Part shown: positions 39,597 through 53,016 of the stretch, one piece after another
How positions within the stretch are numbered: position 1 is the stretch's first letter
How the letters are laid out: every line of letters starts with the position of its first letter
DNA from: Lama guanicoe
Taxonomy: Eukaryota
Direction of reading: 5' to 3'
Assembly: GCA_013239625.1 (NCBI GenBank)
Contig: MU056000.1
Location: forward strand, 9,556,232 to 9,620,231
DNA: 64,000 nt
Notes under the pieces: model-generated
Seen by the model: the letters and a program-made list of their open reading frames with translations, nothing else
The model's database searches: none
What the model was told of the DNA's origin: nothing
Position numbers and translations under genes: made by a program

Positions 39597-40036
39597 TTGC
39601 GGGTTGAATTGTGTCTCCTAAAAAGATATGTCTCCAGATACCTGTGAATGGAACCTTATTTGGAAATTGGGTCTTTGCAGATGTAATCATGTTAAGAAGA
39701 TGTCATACTGAAATGGGAGAGCGGCGGTGGTTTATCCTAAACCTGATCTACTGGCATCCTTATAAGAAGAAGAGAAGAGTCACAAATATACCATGTGATG
39801 ATGGAGACAGAGACTGGAGGGAGGCACCTACAAGTAAGGAATGCCAAGCATTGCTAGAAAATACCAGAATCTGGAAGAGACAAGGAAGGATCCTCCTGTA
39901 GAGCCTTCAGAGAGGGCATGTCCATGCTGACACCTTATTTCAGATGCCCAGCATCTAGAACTGTGGGAATAAATTTCTGTTGCTTTGAGCTGCCCAGTTT
40001 ATGATATTTTGTTAAGCAGCCTTCAGAACTAATACA
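39597..40036 (+). mobile_element. MaLR solo LTR (MLT1C-type)
   Basis: gggttgaattgtgtctcc...ccttatttggaaattgggtctttgcagatgtaat...aataaatttctgttgcttt...aactaataca. Confidence 0.9.
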
Positions 40037-40358
40037 GACCTCACACTGAATCCCCAGACAAAGTGACTGTTAGTTCTGTCTCTCACACTTGCACACACTT
40101 CATCAGCAAATCTTGTTAGCTTTACCTGCAGATTATATCCAGAGTCTAGTTCTCTGATCCAAGCCACCATCAATCACCTCTTGCTTGGATAGTGCAACAT
40201 GTGTCTACCTTAGTCAGAGCTGGGCTGCACCATTACTTACTGCTAATAAATGTCATGTTCCTCTTTTTTGCCCAGCTCTTCATTTTCTTCCTTCCCTGTT
40301 CCAAATCAGTGCAGTTGTGTTTTCCTGCCCTTGGTACTTGCATCTCTTTCTTCTCAAC

Positions 40359-40714
40359 CAGGGGCTAGCAAAATAGGACACATGAGCCCTGCCTCAACTA
40401 AAGATTCTAGTTAAGGAGATTTTCCAAGGGAACTCCAAGATCTACCTGGTTTTTATCTGCTATGTGCTATCCAGTGTCAAGTCTCTTGAAAGTTTACACA
40501 GAAACTTCTTCCTGGAACCCCTTGTGTTTACAAACAAACTTTGTTTTTAAAATAAAGTTTTATTAGAACATAGCCATGTCTATTCATTTACATATTGTCC
40601 ATAGCTGCTTTCATGCTACAACCTCAAAGTTGAGCAGTTGCAATGGAGACTATACAGCTCACAATGCCTAAACTATTTACTATCTGGCCCTTTATAGAAA
40701 ACGTTTGCCCCCTG
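40359..40714 (+). mobile_element. MER58-family hAT-Charlie MITE
   Basis: caggggctagcaaa start; aaataaagttttattagaacatagcca...tatttactatctggccctttatagaaaacgtttgccccctg end; flanks ttctcaac / ttctagac. Confidence 0.8.
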
Positions 40715-41561
40715 TTCTAGACTATCTGTGACTTTTTCAGCAGCCCATTGGAACTAGCTAGATTATCTCCCAACCTTTGGTATGATAAAATCAATAAAAT
40801 TGATTTTAGCTATAAAATCATCAATAAAACTGTAATCAAGTCTGAAGACACTTCATTTAAAATTTATTCTTTTTTTTTCACTGTTTCCCAATTAGCTACC
40901 TGGTAAAGTTACATGTAAATCACTGTGATTATTACACATCTGTTCTACAAACACTTAGACTTTGCCAGTGGCTACTCTTACAAGTTGCTCTGATGAAAGC
41001 ATTCCTGATACATGCCATGACAAGAGCTGCCACTGTTGAACTGTCAGCCATAGACTCTCATTCAATGGATTTTCAACAATGATGATAGCCACGTTGTTAT
41101 TTTGTGCACAAAAACAGAATTGCTAATTATGTTCCAGTAGAGACATGTCAGTGGACAATATAGATGTACTTCATGCTGTCATGAAGGGTCCAGTCAAGTG
41201 GGTAACCCAGAAATCAAACAAATATTAGTATAAACAATACCTACTTGAATTTGTCTTCCATGCTAGAAAGGACAGTGAAGGACTTGCAGAGCAACTGGAA
41301 GAGGTGAACCAGTTTTAGCTGGTAGTGAGGGAGTAGGTCACAGGAGGCTTCTTTGAGGAAATGACATTTAAACTGAGCCCAGTAGGATGCATAGGTGTTA
41401 GCTGAGCAAAGACGGAGCATTTGCCATGACCCTGAAGCAAGAGAGAGCTCTGATCATCTGCAGAAAGTCCAGTGTGGCTGGAGTGGAGTGAGCAAGGTGG
41501 AAATGGTGTCAGACAAGACTGACGAGGACTGCAGGTGCCAGACCAAAGACAGTCCTCCGCA

Positions 41562-42150
41562 CAGAGTTGGCACACTTTGTCTGTAAGGGCCAGATGGTTG
41601 GTATTTTAGGCTTTGTGGGCCAAGTAGCAAAATCAAGGATATTATACAGGTACTTTATATCAGGAAAGAGAAGAAATTCTCACATTTTTATGACAAAAAT
41701 CAAGACACAATAATAGTAATAGTGAGGCACATTTTTTTTGGTAATGAAAACGAAGAATGGAATTATGTTGCAACTATAACATTTTGCTAAGGGCTTCAAA
41801 ATTCCTATGATTAAAAATGATTAGATTTTCTGTGCTTAATCTCTGAAAATGTCTTTTCACACGTAGAAGGTACTACCAAATACTGATACAAATCTATGAG
41901 CATATGATCTCAGAGGAGTGTGTCTATCACTTGGAATCAGGCATTTATAGAATCCTATTAGATTCTTCTCTTGATATTTGCCTTTTAGCATACCATTATG
42001 TTGCAGGTGAATCATTTCCAACTGAAAGTTAGGTGGAAGCTTCTCAATTGAACAGTTAAATGGATTTTGAAAAGCAAAGATTCCTTCGCACATGCATTGA
42101 GCTCTGAAAAGCACTACTGGAATTGTAGACAGACTCTGCTGAAAGGTCAT
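41562..42150 (-). mobile_element. Cheshire-type hAT-Charlie DNA transposon 3' fragment with transposase C-terminal remnant
   Basis: MER58-type terminus at 41562; ORF 41857-42150 reads FQNPFNCSIEKLPPNFQLEMIHLQ...NLIGFYKCL...SVFGST, typical of the Charlie/Buster hAT C-terminal dimerisation region. Confidence 0.8.
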
Positions 42151-42909
42151 TTGTTTTAGTATATTAAATGATGCTGGGTAGGCTTTCTTATTAAGTCCTA
42201 AGGGGATAAAAATAGAAGATTCTAGATCACAATTAAATGGTAGCTTTTTTTAATCTCATATGCTATGTAGTTTGGTCTATTTTTTAAATTTTTTACCTTA
42301 TTCCTTTAGTAGAAACCTTAATTTTGGCTCTCCACAATCCAATTTATGTGGTATAGTCTTTTTGTTTTACTTAAGTTTTGTATATACAAAAACTTACATA
42401 TATTTACACCAATCTTGAAGAAAAAATGATCAGGAAACACAGAACCAACAATTCAGTTGTGGAAGATTTAAGCTGGAAATATGTAACTTCCTAGATCTTC
42501 TCTCTCTTGCTATTCTCACAGCATTTCTCACCATACGTGAGTTCCTCGCACAGATTTTCTTTGACTCAAGATTCTGTTTCAAGAACCTCAGAGGAACTTT
42601 GCACCAAATTATCCTAAACACTTAGATGGCAATAAAGACAGCGAACAAGAGTTCATTATAACAGTTTCACAGAACTCAATCCTACAGAGCATAATGAAGA
42701 AGAGAAGTTAATGGATTTTTTCAGTCTGCTGAGAAAACATCCCACATGCTGGCATGACGGGGTGGAGAGATTTACTGTGATTGTGCTTCTCCCTGTGCCA
42801 AAGCGTGACCCCTTCAAAGACAAGCAAAGGAACAAAATAATAAAATAGCATTGGCAGATGGACTTCAGAGCTGGGTGCTGAAGGAAAAAGTTACCTTTGA
42901 TAAATATGT

Positions 42910-43376
42910 CTGTTTTAGCCTTCTAGCGTCACATAACAAACTACCATAAACTCAGCCGTATGAAGCAATACCTGTTCATTAGCTCACATTTCTGCAGGAA
43001 AATCCGGAGTGGTGTGACTGGGTTCCCTGCTCAAAGCTGAAACTGGTGGGCTGAGTTCTCACCTGGGGGCTCTAGGGGAAAATCTGCTTCCAAGCCCATT
43101 CTTGTTGGCAGAAGTCAAGGACTACAGATTGAAGGACTGAGGTTCCCACTTCCTTGCTGGCTCTTAGCTGGCGTCACTCACAGTTCACAGAGGCTGCCAC
43201 ATTCCTTAATATGTGACACCTAGTCCAACCCAATCAGATAATCTTTGATTGTGCCACATAACAACCTAATCAAAGGAGAGAAATATATCAGATTCATAAT
43301 CCTGGGGGGATTGAGAAAGGGTGTGTACATAGCAGAGGGGGAATTTGAAGGGCCATCCTAGAATTCTGCCTATCCC
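42910..43376 (-). mobile_element. MaLR solo LTR (MLT1E/F-type)
   Basis: cataacaaactaccataaactcag...ggccatcctagaattctgccta. Confidence 0.8.
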
Positions 43377-44829
43377 AACATCCAATAGGATTCCAAGAGA
43401 AAAACAAGTTTGATCCACGTACATGTATATGTACACCAGAATACAACTCTTTTTCCCTTTTGACTTTTCGCATTTCATTTCTGAATCTCAAAAAGTAATC
43501 TTCATCCTAGAAATGGTTTTGCAGTACAAGATTTGTAGCTGAGCGCTATGATGATTCCATAAATAAAAACGATAAAACATCAGAGGGCAGAAGAGCTTCG
43601 TGGACATGAGAGCTCAAATAATAATTTCATTTCTAAAGCAAACATCACTCTTCTGTCAACCAAATTTTTCCTTCTCACCTAAATATTTTCCATACAGGGA
43701 TTACAGAAGCTGAGAACATTTAGCTATAAGCATGCAAGAATGAATATTTAGGAGTGTAATATTTAAAATAGTCAAATGTTTATAAATTCATCTAATCTTA
43801 ATTTTTTTAGAAGAGTAAATATTTTTGGAGTCATAAAAAGTGTCCTATTATGGGGAATGCCTGTGTATTGTATAAAAAGAATCCATTACTTCCCACTAAG
43901 TACAAACATTTAACAAAGAGAACACTAAAAATAAGTGCTTTTTAAACTATGAGTATCATTACCAAATTTAGACAGACAATACACCTGAAGGTGTAACTTT
44001 ATTTTCAAGTCTAGATTCAAGGATCAACCAGTATATTAAGGATCATTTTATCCATGTGCCATTAAAATTCTTATATCTCCTTCTTAAATTACATGTGTCA
44101 GAAGAAATCATAGTTATTTAATTTTACATTTTAATTAGCTCATGTTTGGCTTCAATGTCAAAAATATTTTATTAATTTATTATTTCAGGACTTAGTCTAT
44201 ACCCAACACATTTTAGGTGTTTAAAGATAGTTTTGTAGCTGAATTGAATTGAAGAGTTTTTTCTTTAATGGTAATTAAGTATAAGGCCACTAAGAAAACA
44301 TTGAAACATTATTATAGGAAATATATCCATCTACATTTTTAATCAACAGAATCAATCATCAATAAAATGCTTCTACATATAAAATACTTTACAGAATCTT
44401 TGCTATTATTACTCATTCTCTGGGTAAAAAAATCAAGTCAGGATACAAAAACATTAAATTCAGAAAGGATGTATTTATAGAAAAAGAGAAAGACTGATTA
44501 AAAGCAAAAAAAGTGTATAAATCAATTCAAGATTATGAGGATTGGCTGCAAGGTTGTTTTGCTTTCAGTGTGAACTTTAAAAATAAGACTTTGTCTTAGT
44601 TGCCATGGAAAGTCAGCTTTTCTGCGCTGACATTTGTTTGCAATCTATTTGTTTTTCTGATTAACATGCTGTCTGCTAATATAAGCCTAAAAATTTAACT
44701 TTTTTGGACTGAGAAAGAGCGCTATTATTAGACATCTCTAAATTGACTAGGATGAATTCTTCTTTTTTTTTTTTCTCCAGGTATAAAACCTATCCCAATC
44801 AACTGACTGCCAGTTCTTCAGTTTCTAGT

Positions 44830-45384
44830 CTGTTCTGGTTATCCATTGCTATGTGAAGTGCCACCCCAAAACTTAGCCATTTAAGAAGTTAACACCTTCA
44901 TTATGCCTATGCATTCTGTGAGTCGAAAATTCAGACAGCGTTTGGTGGCAATGGTTTATCTCTGCTCCGTTATGCCTGGGAGGACCCAAACAACACTGAG
45001 TGACTCAGCCAGTTAGGGGATGGACTCATCTGGAAGCTTCTACGCTTACTAGCCTTGTGCCTAGGCTGGAATGACATGAAGGCTAGAGACGGCTGGACTG
45101 TCTGCACATGGTCTGTCCACGTGGGTTAGGCTTTTTTCATAGTGTGGCAGCCTCAGAGTAGCTGGTTTCCATGGCAGCACAGGACTCAGAGACAGCGTTC
45201 TAGCAAATGTGGCAAAAGCTATATAACCTTTTACAACCTAACTTCCAAAGTAATATAGCATTACTTCCTTTATACTTTACTGGTCAAAGTAGTCATAAAA
45301 CCACTAAGTTCAAGAGGAGGGTGCAAACACCCATATCTCAATGGGATGAATGTCAATTTTTTGCCATGTTTCAAAACCAACATA
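44830..45384 (-). mobile_element. MaLR solo LTR (MLT1H-type)
   Basis: ttatccattgct...ccaccccaaaacttag...ttctgtgagtcgaaaattcagacag...tctctgctcc. Confidence 0.75.
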
Positions 45385-47084
45385 TTGTTCACCACTATTA
45401 TTTCCCTATTAATTTGTTATTGCTACAGTTATGAAAATGAGTGCCAAAGAATGACAGAGTTCTATGCTTATCAACAGTACAGCAAACATATACTTTTTGG
45501 AAGTCCCCAGAAGGCTGGCTGGGTCTTAAACCCACACAATCTGCTTGATCACTTTGACTGATTAAGTGAGTCACATGAACTGAAAACAGTACACAGTTAA
45601 ACTGGTTTTTAAACAACTAACATCAAAATAAGTCAGTCACTATGTGAAAACAGATGAGACAGTTCCTAGCACATAATAGGGGGATTACAAACAAATATTA
45701 CCCAAAAGAAAAAAAAGGGGAGCATTCAATTAATATTTGTAGAAATAAGATTTGTATGTCAATATTGCCTCAGCTGTATTTGAACTTCACAGAATGACCC
45801 TGGATCCAATGACAACTAATTACTTTGTGACTTTCATTCTGCCAGTTCTGTATTTCCAGAACCCTTCCATGGCATGAAACCAATAGAAAGTGAATTAGAT
45901 TTATGCTAAGATACAGACCCTAGCCTGCTTCCATTTATTATGTGACGATGGTCATTGTCATTAACCTCCCTGCCTCAGTTTTCTCATTTGTAAAATGAAA
46001 CAGCTGAACCCTGAAAATCTATGAATTCCTTTCTCATACTAAAAGGTTTCCTAAAGTATTTTGTCTACCTTTTATTGACTGGCTGTTATGTAATCTGATA
46101 TATGGAAAGCTGGTAAATCAAAGCCTTATTTTGAAATGGGCTCACCAAGAGACATGATGGTAGATAAACATGCTTCTCGAGCTACTCTACTCGAATCAAC
46201 CCAGTTGGATGGTACTATATTTCAGCCATGTTATAAGTCTATTTTTGTTCTTTTGGAGTAAAGGAGGGGAGTTGGTAGACTAAACTCAGAAACCACCCAC
46301 CATTTAATAATAAGTATCTTTGAGTAAAAGTGGTCCAAGACAAAACTTAGGACACATGAAACGTACAACCGAATTCCCAATCCCCGGCCATATTTGCATC
46401 AAGATCAGAATGTGATTACTATGCCTTTGGATTTTAGTTAAAATTTGAACAAAACAAAAACACTGAAAATGACCTTCAATCCAAACACTCAGATTTCACA
46501 AAATTTAAGACAACCCATGTGGGAGGAATGGCTAACATGGGCACTGTACCAGCCTGCCCCTTGCATCATCTTAAACTGCAAACTGGGTAAACCTAAATGC
46601 CCATCCTCTCTAGAGGTAGACATTAATGCCCACCTTGCTGTCTTCAAAAGAAAATTTTGGTATGTATTTCTGGTAGTCCTTAAAACTCCTCCTTATGAAG
46701 GTAAATTTTCCCAACACTGTGAGAAACCCTAGAAAAAATAATATAACCATCCAGTAAAAATCAGTCAGTTATTCTAGGCAAGCATACCCCCTTATTGTGC
46801 CTACTTCCTCCTGTGAAATAGTATTTGGCTCACCATTTATCTTTCACCTCAACATTAATATTAAAGTATAAGATAATTAAAAATATTCTGTTATCCCAAT
46901 GTAGAATCACCATGTCAATATCTGACCCTTTTCTCTAATAGGAATTTCATGTAACAATTTTAAAATAAAATTATAGTGATATGAAAACCACAGATGTACA
47001 CTTAGTGTGTGGGTGATGCCATACTAATGAACAGTGAGGCAGAGACAATTTTCTGTCTATCAGCATTTGAGCTCCCTCTCTTAT

Positions 47085-47496
47085 ACTGTGAAGTAGCCAT
47101 TGCAATGTGCCTACCCATTAGGAACTGTATTTCCCAACTGCACCCCACCCGCACCTTGCACCCACGCAGCCATGATCATGTATCATATTCCATAGAGAAG
47201 TTCCATCTAAGGAATATGAACCCAAGTGCTGTGTGTCACTCTTGGGCAAATTATTTAAGAAATGTTTTTGTCTTCTCAGTCCTTTCTTTCACTCTATGCC
47301 AGATGAATTCACAGGACTCCGAGACTGTAGGGAATGCTTGGTCCACAAATGAAATAAATCTGGGTCTCTGAATCACTGCAAGTAGACAAACTGACCAGGA
47401 GCACCTACACTGATTTGTTACACAATGAGAAATCAACTTTGTCCCTGAAATCTTAGGCGTTATTTGTTACAGCATTTGGCATTACCCTAACTGATA
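47085..47496 (+). mobile_element. MaLR solo LTR (MLT1J/I-type)
   Basis: ctgtatttcccaac...tgggtctctgaatcactgc...tgagaaatcaacttt...tttgttacagca...ccctaactgata. Confidence 0.7.
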
Positions 47497-49447
47497 GATT
47501 TTTTTTAAATGAACAAAATTGCCTAGTCTCCATTTTCTTACTGGTAATGTAGAGACAATAAAATCCACCTTGAAGTGTTTTTGTGAGACTTAATAAGGTG
47601 AATATATATATATATGCAGGCAGCCCAGTTCCTGGCCTACTGTAGTTGCTCAGTAAAGAATAGATACAATGCTACCTTGTCTCCTTAAGTTTTCACCACT
47701 CTTTCTCCCACTTAGTTTAATAGTAATCCCTCAAAAATAATTACAATTAATTATGTAAAAAATAGTGTTTAATTACTGTGATCTCTTGCTTTTTTGGGCG
47801 TTAGGGGAAAATATTAATTTTATAGCAGATCATCACCCACTCAAACTGCACACACACATACACGAACAACACAAGCATGAAGCCTGCCTTTTCCTGCAGT
47901 GGTATTTTCAACTGCCATAGGTTTGAAATGAAAGCAAGAGTGGAAAGTTTGAGAAAAGAAGCAATAGAATGCTCATACTTACTGACTCTCTTATTAGTTC
48001 CCCTCTCATTATTGTGGCTCTCAGATATTTCTGCCTGGGTCTTGACACGAACACACACACATGCAAAAGCACACAAGAAATAAAATTTCACAACACAACC
48101 ACTGTCTAAAGTTTGTTTCCTTTTCCTTGGCCTTGATTGCTATAACTACATCCATCTGCCTCAGTAGCTTCAATCAAGACAACTAATTTTGTGAGAAAAG
48201 TGTTAAAATATAAATCCTTAAGCTATTTTGAGAAATAGTATGCCCAAGAAGAGTCCTTCTAAATTTTAAGTTTATGCTAATCAAAAATTCATCTTGCAAC
48301 ACATAACCATTATAGTACACAGAATTCATTTTTAACGTTGCTTTTAGTCAATCCATTTTGAACTCAGACAATGGCAGCCCATAGAACAGCAGTAAAAACA
48401 GGCACAGCCCCAGAACCTTCCTCAGTTTACACCAGCCTGGAAGTCACTGTCCCGCGCAAAGACGGGTCATCCCCACAGGTCTGACTGGTCTGGAAAATGT
48501 GATTGACTAAGTCCCAAGCACGTCTGGTCAGTTAAGCTAAAAAGGGAAGACATTATGTAAATTACACCAAGTGCTGATCCTTATGAAGTATTTTAATTAT
48601 GTACTATTTTCAACCTGACTATAGTATAAATAAAACAGAGAATAGAAAGAAGAAAATTAAAATTTCCCACTCCAGTGTCATTACTGCTAGCCTGTTGGAA
48701 TTCTTCCTCACTAGCATAGTTGTCCATGTTTGTAAAGATGGAGCATATGCAACTTTTTATAGATCTACACCTTCAAGTTGCAATTAGGTGCTCTCCAAAG
48801 ATAGCCTTAGCAGATGGTTTACAATTATTCTAAGAGTAAGAAATTTACTTTTCAGAGCCATTCTGTGTGCCACCAGCAGAACTGGTATTATAGAACTCTC
48901 GCTGTGTGGTTGAGGGTTTTCCTTCTTTTGAAAACCCCTGCAATAGAAATGTTATGTCCTCAGGCCTGGCATCATGCTGGGTGAGGTCAACTTCTCAGGC
49001 CTTTGTCCCCTGCAGATTCACCTGAAAAATACATGTTCATATTCTCTCTCCAGACATCTTCAAAATAATTGTGTATGAAAGAAAACTTTCCAGAACAGTT
49101 CTGCTTGTTTTCATTTTCTACACTGGTAAACAAAAGGAAATGGTGTTCCTAACAATAATAAATGCCCAGAGAAGGAGAAAATTCTTCTCTGTGCAAAAAA
49201 TCTCAAAGTATGGTAGATAGTATCTTAAAAGCAACAGAAAGTGAACTACGGGGAGTAGAAACTTAGGAACTTTCTGCATCATATAAAAATACATTTAAAA
49301 CTTGGGAAATTGAATGAAAACCACTAAAAATTTGCAAAAGAAAACAGTATTAAAATCAAATATTAAGTGATTGCATTGTACAAGATTGCTGCAATAATTA
49401 CGGGGAATCAGTCAGATACAACGAATTAAAAAATTAAAGAACCCACA

Positions 49448-49830
49448 CATACTAGTTTCTTGGAGCTGCCATAACAAGATATCGTGGTTAGTTTTAAGAA
49501 CAGAAATTTGTCTCATAGTTCTGGAGGTTAGAACTCTGAGATCAACATGCTGGCAGAATTGGTTCCTCCTGATAGCTGTGGGGAAAAGCTATCAAGCCTT
49601 TCCCCCAAACTACTGGTAGCTTAATATGTCCTTGGCTTATAGAAGGCATCCGTCCCCTCTTCACATCACCTTCTGTCTATGTGTGTCTGTCTCTTTGTCC
49701 AAATCCCCCCTTTTTATACGGACACAGTCAGAGTGAAGTAGGACCCACTCTAATGACTTCATCTTAACTTGATTATCTGCAAAGACCCCATTTCCATATA
49801 AGGTCACGTTCAGGGGTACTGGAAGTTAGC
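49448..49830 (-). mobile_element. MaLR solo LTR (MLT1B/C-type, end truncated)
   Basis: gctgccataacaa...aacagaaatttgtctcatagttctggagg...catcttaacttgattatctgcaaagaccccatttcca. Confidence 0.85.
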
Positions 49831-50974
49831 CATTCTCACTTTGAGAATTAGTTTTAAAAAAAAATCAGTGAAAAAAAAACAGGAATAATTTGCATACCCA
49901 TGGCATTTCAGGACTTGTTTTAAAGTATTATATCACAGAACTAGCACAGCGTCTATATTGGGTTATGTAATAACCCAAACCACGAGCCCCCAGAGGAGCT
50001 CTCAGAACAACCACCTAAGACACTTTATGCTATTTTTACTTGTTAGTTTCATCATCCAGAGGACAAGTTTGTTGATAAGTTATTAACTCAGAAAAGCACA
50101 TGTATAACCTGTCATAAAAGGTTTCTTCTTTTAGACAGCAAGCTGAATTCAAAAATTTTTTTCGTAGACAAATTGTCAGCAGTTTCTGCGCATGTAGCTT
50201 TTGGAAATTCAAGGTCTATCTGCTGTCTTTATCACAGCAATTATTTTACTAACACAAAGAAGGGAATTGCCAAGTGGTTTTACTTCTACTTATAGATCTT
50301 GATGAGCAGCATTATTCCAAAAATGGATTTTGACTTTGGTTTAAGGACACACAATATTGAAATGGGGCAGTCAGTTTCACTGGTGCTCAACAGACGTTAA
50401 CCAACATCTATTATTACTCCCTTGATTTATAGACCAGCTGACTCCTCCATTAGAGCTTGATCCAGAATGGAAACACCAGGGTCTGGAAAAAGTCCTAAGA
50501 TCTTTGCTCTCTTGGACCCTGAGAACACATGTCAGCTGTGAGCAATGAATTACACTTTGCTTATGTTGCAAGTTCTACCTAAGATCTAGAACTCAATAAG
50601 GCTCTCCTGGTGTGTGTCACTACAGCTTTGCAAACCCTAAACAAAATGATACTTTATGATCTGCTATTAAAAAGTTTATTTTTTAAAAGGACCTGTCTGA
50701 ATAAACATGCATCCTTCAGAGTTGCAGTTATCTCAACTTTTCCATAAATTGGAGATTGTCAGAGAAAAATCATGAATCATTTCTTCTTGATGTGTTCAGA
50801 AATTCTATAATTTGTGTATGTATGTGTGTGTGTGTTGTTATCATTGTTACTACAGAGGTACAGACACACAGCCATGTGCACATTTACTGCAGACAAGAAT
50901 TGAAAAGACATGGGATGGGAAAGAAGGGCAGGGGTGCCAGGCAAAATTCTGAGAAGGCAGGCAAGACTCCCAGG

Positions 50975-51612
50975 ACTGGTGGACACACTATACAATCTCC
51001 TCTCCTTGAGCCTGAGCAGAATCCATGAAAATGATGGGCTATCATTTCCATGATCAGGTTGTGGTATAGGAAAAGGTGAAAAAAATTGCAGGTATAATAA
51101 AGGCCCCTAATCAGTTGACCGTGAGTTCATCAGAAGGGAGATAGTCCTAGGTGGCCAGACTTACTAAGGTGAGCCCTTAAAAGGGAATGGGCCCTCCCTG
51201 AAGTCAGATATTTGAAGCTTAAGAGAGATTCTTTTACCAGCCTTGAAGGAGCAACTGCCATGTTGGAGAGAGGGCTTGTGAGAGGGCCATGTGGGAGGGA
51301 AAGGTGGGCAGCATTGAGGAGCTGAGAGTGAATCCCAACTCACAGGCAGCAAGAAGTGGGAGGCCTCAGTCCTACAATTGCAAGAAAATGAATCCTGTCG
51401 ACAATGAAGGAGCTTGGAGAAGGACCCAGAGACTCAGATAAGACTGAATTCCCACTGACAACTTGATTGCTGCCTGCGAGACCCTAAGCTGAAGACCCAG
51501 ATAATCTCCCTCTGGCCTCCTAATCCCTGGAAGCTGTGAGATAATAAATGTATGGTGTGTGAAGCCCCTAGGATTATGGTTTTTGTTAATGCAACACTGG
51601 ACAACCAGTATA
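50975..51612 (+). mobile_element. MaLR solo LTR (MLT1E-type)
   Basis: cctaatcagttgacc...cctcagtcctacaattgcaagaaaatgaat...ctgtgagataataaatg. Confidence 0.85.
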
Positions 51613-52624
51613 GGACGTCATAGAAGGGAAAGGTCTTGGAGGAAAGGGGAGAGAAAATTTAATCAATGGATGAAGTTCACCTTCCTCTTTTACTCTGCTT
51701 TAAAAGTACCCTCTGTATGGCAGACTTAATACAGCCTGGGTCAGGAGGAACATACCTGGGGATCTGGAAATGTGTTAGCTGCTCAATCCTTTTGTTCCCT
51801 TGGAATATTTTACAGTGATGAATGTTGCTGTGGCAACATCACAGGATTGCAAATGATTTCTTCTAATTCATTGAAATAGTCAAATAAGGCATGCAGTTAG
51901 CAATGCTTAGGCTCAGTGAGAGCTCCTGTCACTGGCTGTGATAAATCTGTTCCCATTACTCCACCTGCCACACAAAAACATCCCAATAAAAACTTCAAGA
52001 GACTGAATAGTTTTTTTATCTACAAAGAACGCCATTTCCCCCAGGAGAAATACAACTGTCCTTATTACAGGTAGCTAACTATAATCATGGAAATTATTCT
52101 TCATTAAGCTGTCTTTAAACTCCAGTGAGATTGTCTCAATTCTGTTTCGTTAACTATCAATACAGCAACAAGTAAAAGTCATTCAGGTCTTTAGCTAATT
52201 GTTTCCATTACAAAATGAGCACTTTATTAGAAGACGTTTTTAAGCAAAACTAATAAAATTTGGCCATATCTGAAGGCTTAAAAAAGTTAAATGGAGCCCT
52301 CAAACAAATGAAGTGTCATTTTATCAGGTGTCTGACCACAATTAATAATGGTTCAACCCTTAAAATGTCTCTAACCACCAGACTGGAAAGGAATAATAAA
52401 GCAAGAAAATCTCTAAGAGCCTTCTTGTAAGCAAGTACTACTATGTCGCATAGAACATTAAACACTGAGGACTCTGATGTGGGTTTGCTTACCTGTCAAT
52501 TGTTATCCATCCATTTCCTGTAAACCAAATCCTGATTTTCTTCAGTGCTTTGTGACTGTGCACTTTCTGGGAAAGCTGTACTTCTCCCCATCCCAGCATC
52601 TGAATTGCACTCAGTCTAAGTTAG

Positions 52625-52805
52625 CAATTCTCAATTTTTATCTCTCATCAGCTTCACCTGGAGGGATTTTTAATTCAGTTTGCTGGACCCAACCCCAGAA
52701 CTGCTAACCCAGTAGGTCTGGGGTGGGGCCTAAGAATGTGCATTGCTAACAAGTCCCCAGGTGTTACTGACAGTGCTGGCCAGGGGATGGCTTCCAATGA
52801 GAGAA
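52625..52805. mobile_element. MER5A hAT MITE
   Basis: cagtaggtctggggtggggcctaagaatgtgcattgctaacaagtccccaggtg. Confidence 0.8.
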
Positions 52806-52936
52806 CCAAGCCAACCATTTTTCTCTCTAGTGAGTGATTTGCTTCATTGAGGGCCTATGATTCTATTCTGAACACTAAGCCAAGAGGGAAAAAACTGCTG
52901 AGAGCTTTGGGAAGATTTTCCAAGATTTTTTTCAAA

Positions 52937-53016
52937 GTACACTTGAAATTAACATTGTAAATCAACCATACTTCAAAATTTAGAAATAAATGAATAAATA
53001 AAAAAGAAAACAAAAA
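52937..53016 (+). mobile_element. Very short LINE-1 3' terminus with A-rich tail
   Basis: gtacacttgaaattaacattgtaaatcaaccatacttcaa followed by an A-rich tail; resembles artiodactyl L1 3' ends and the 3' end of the young L1 here. Confidence 0.65.
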
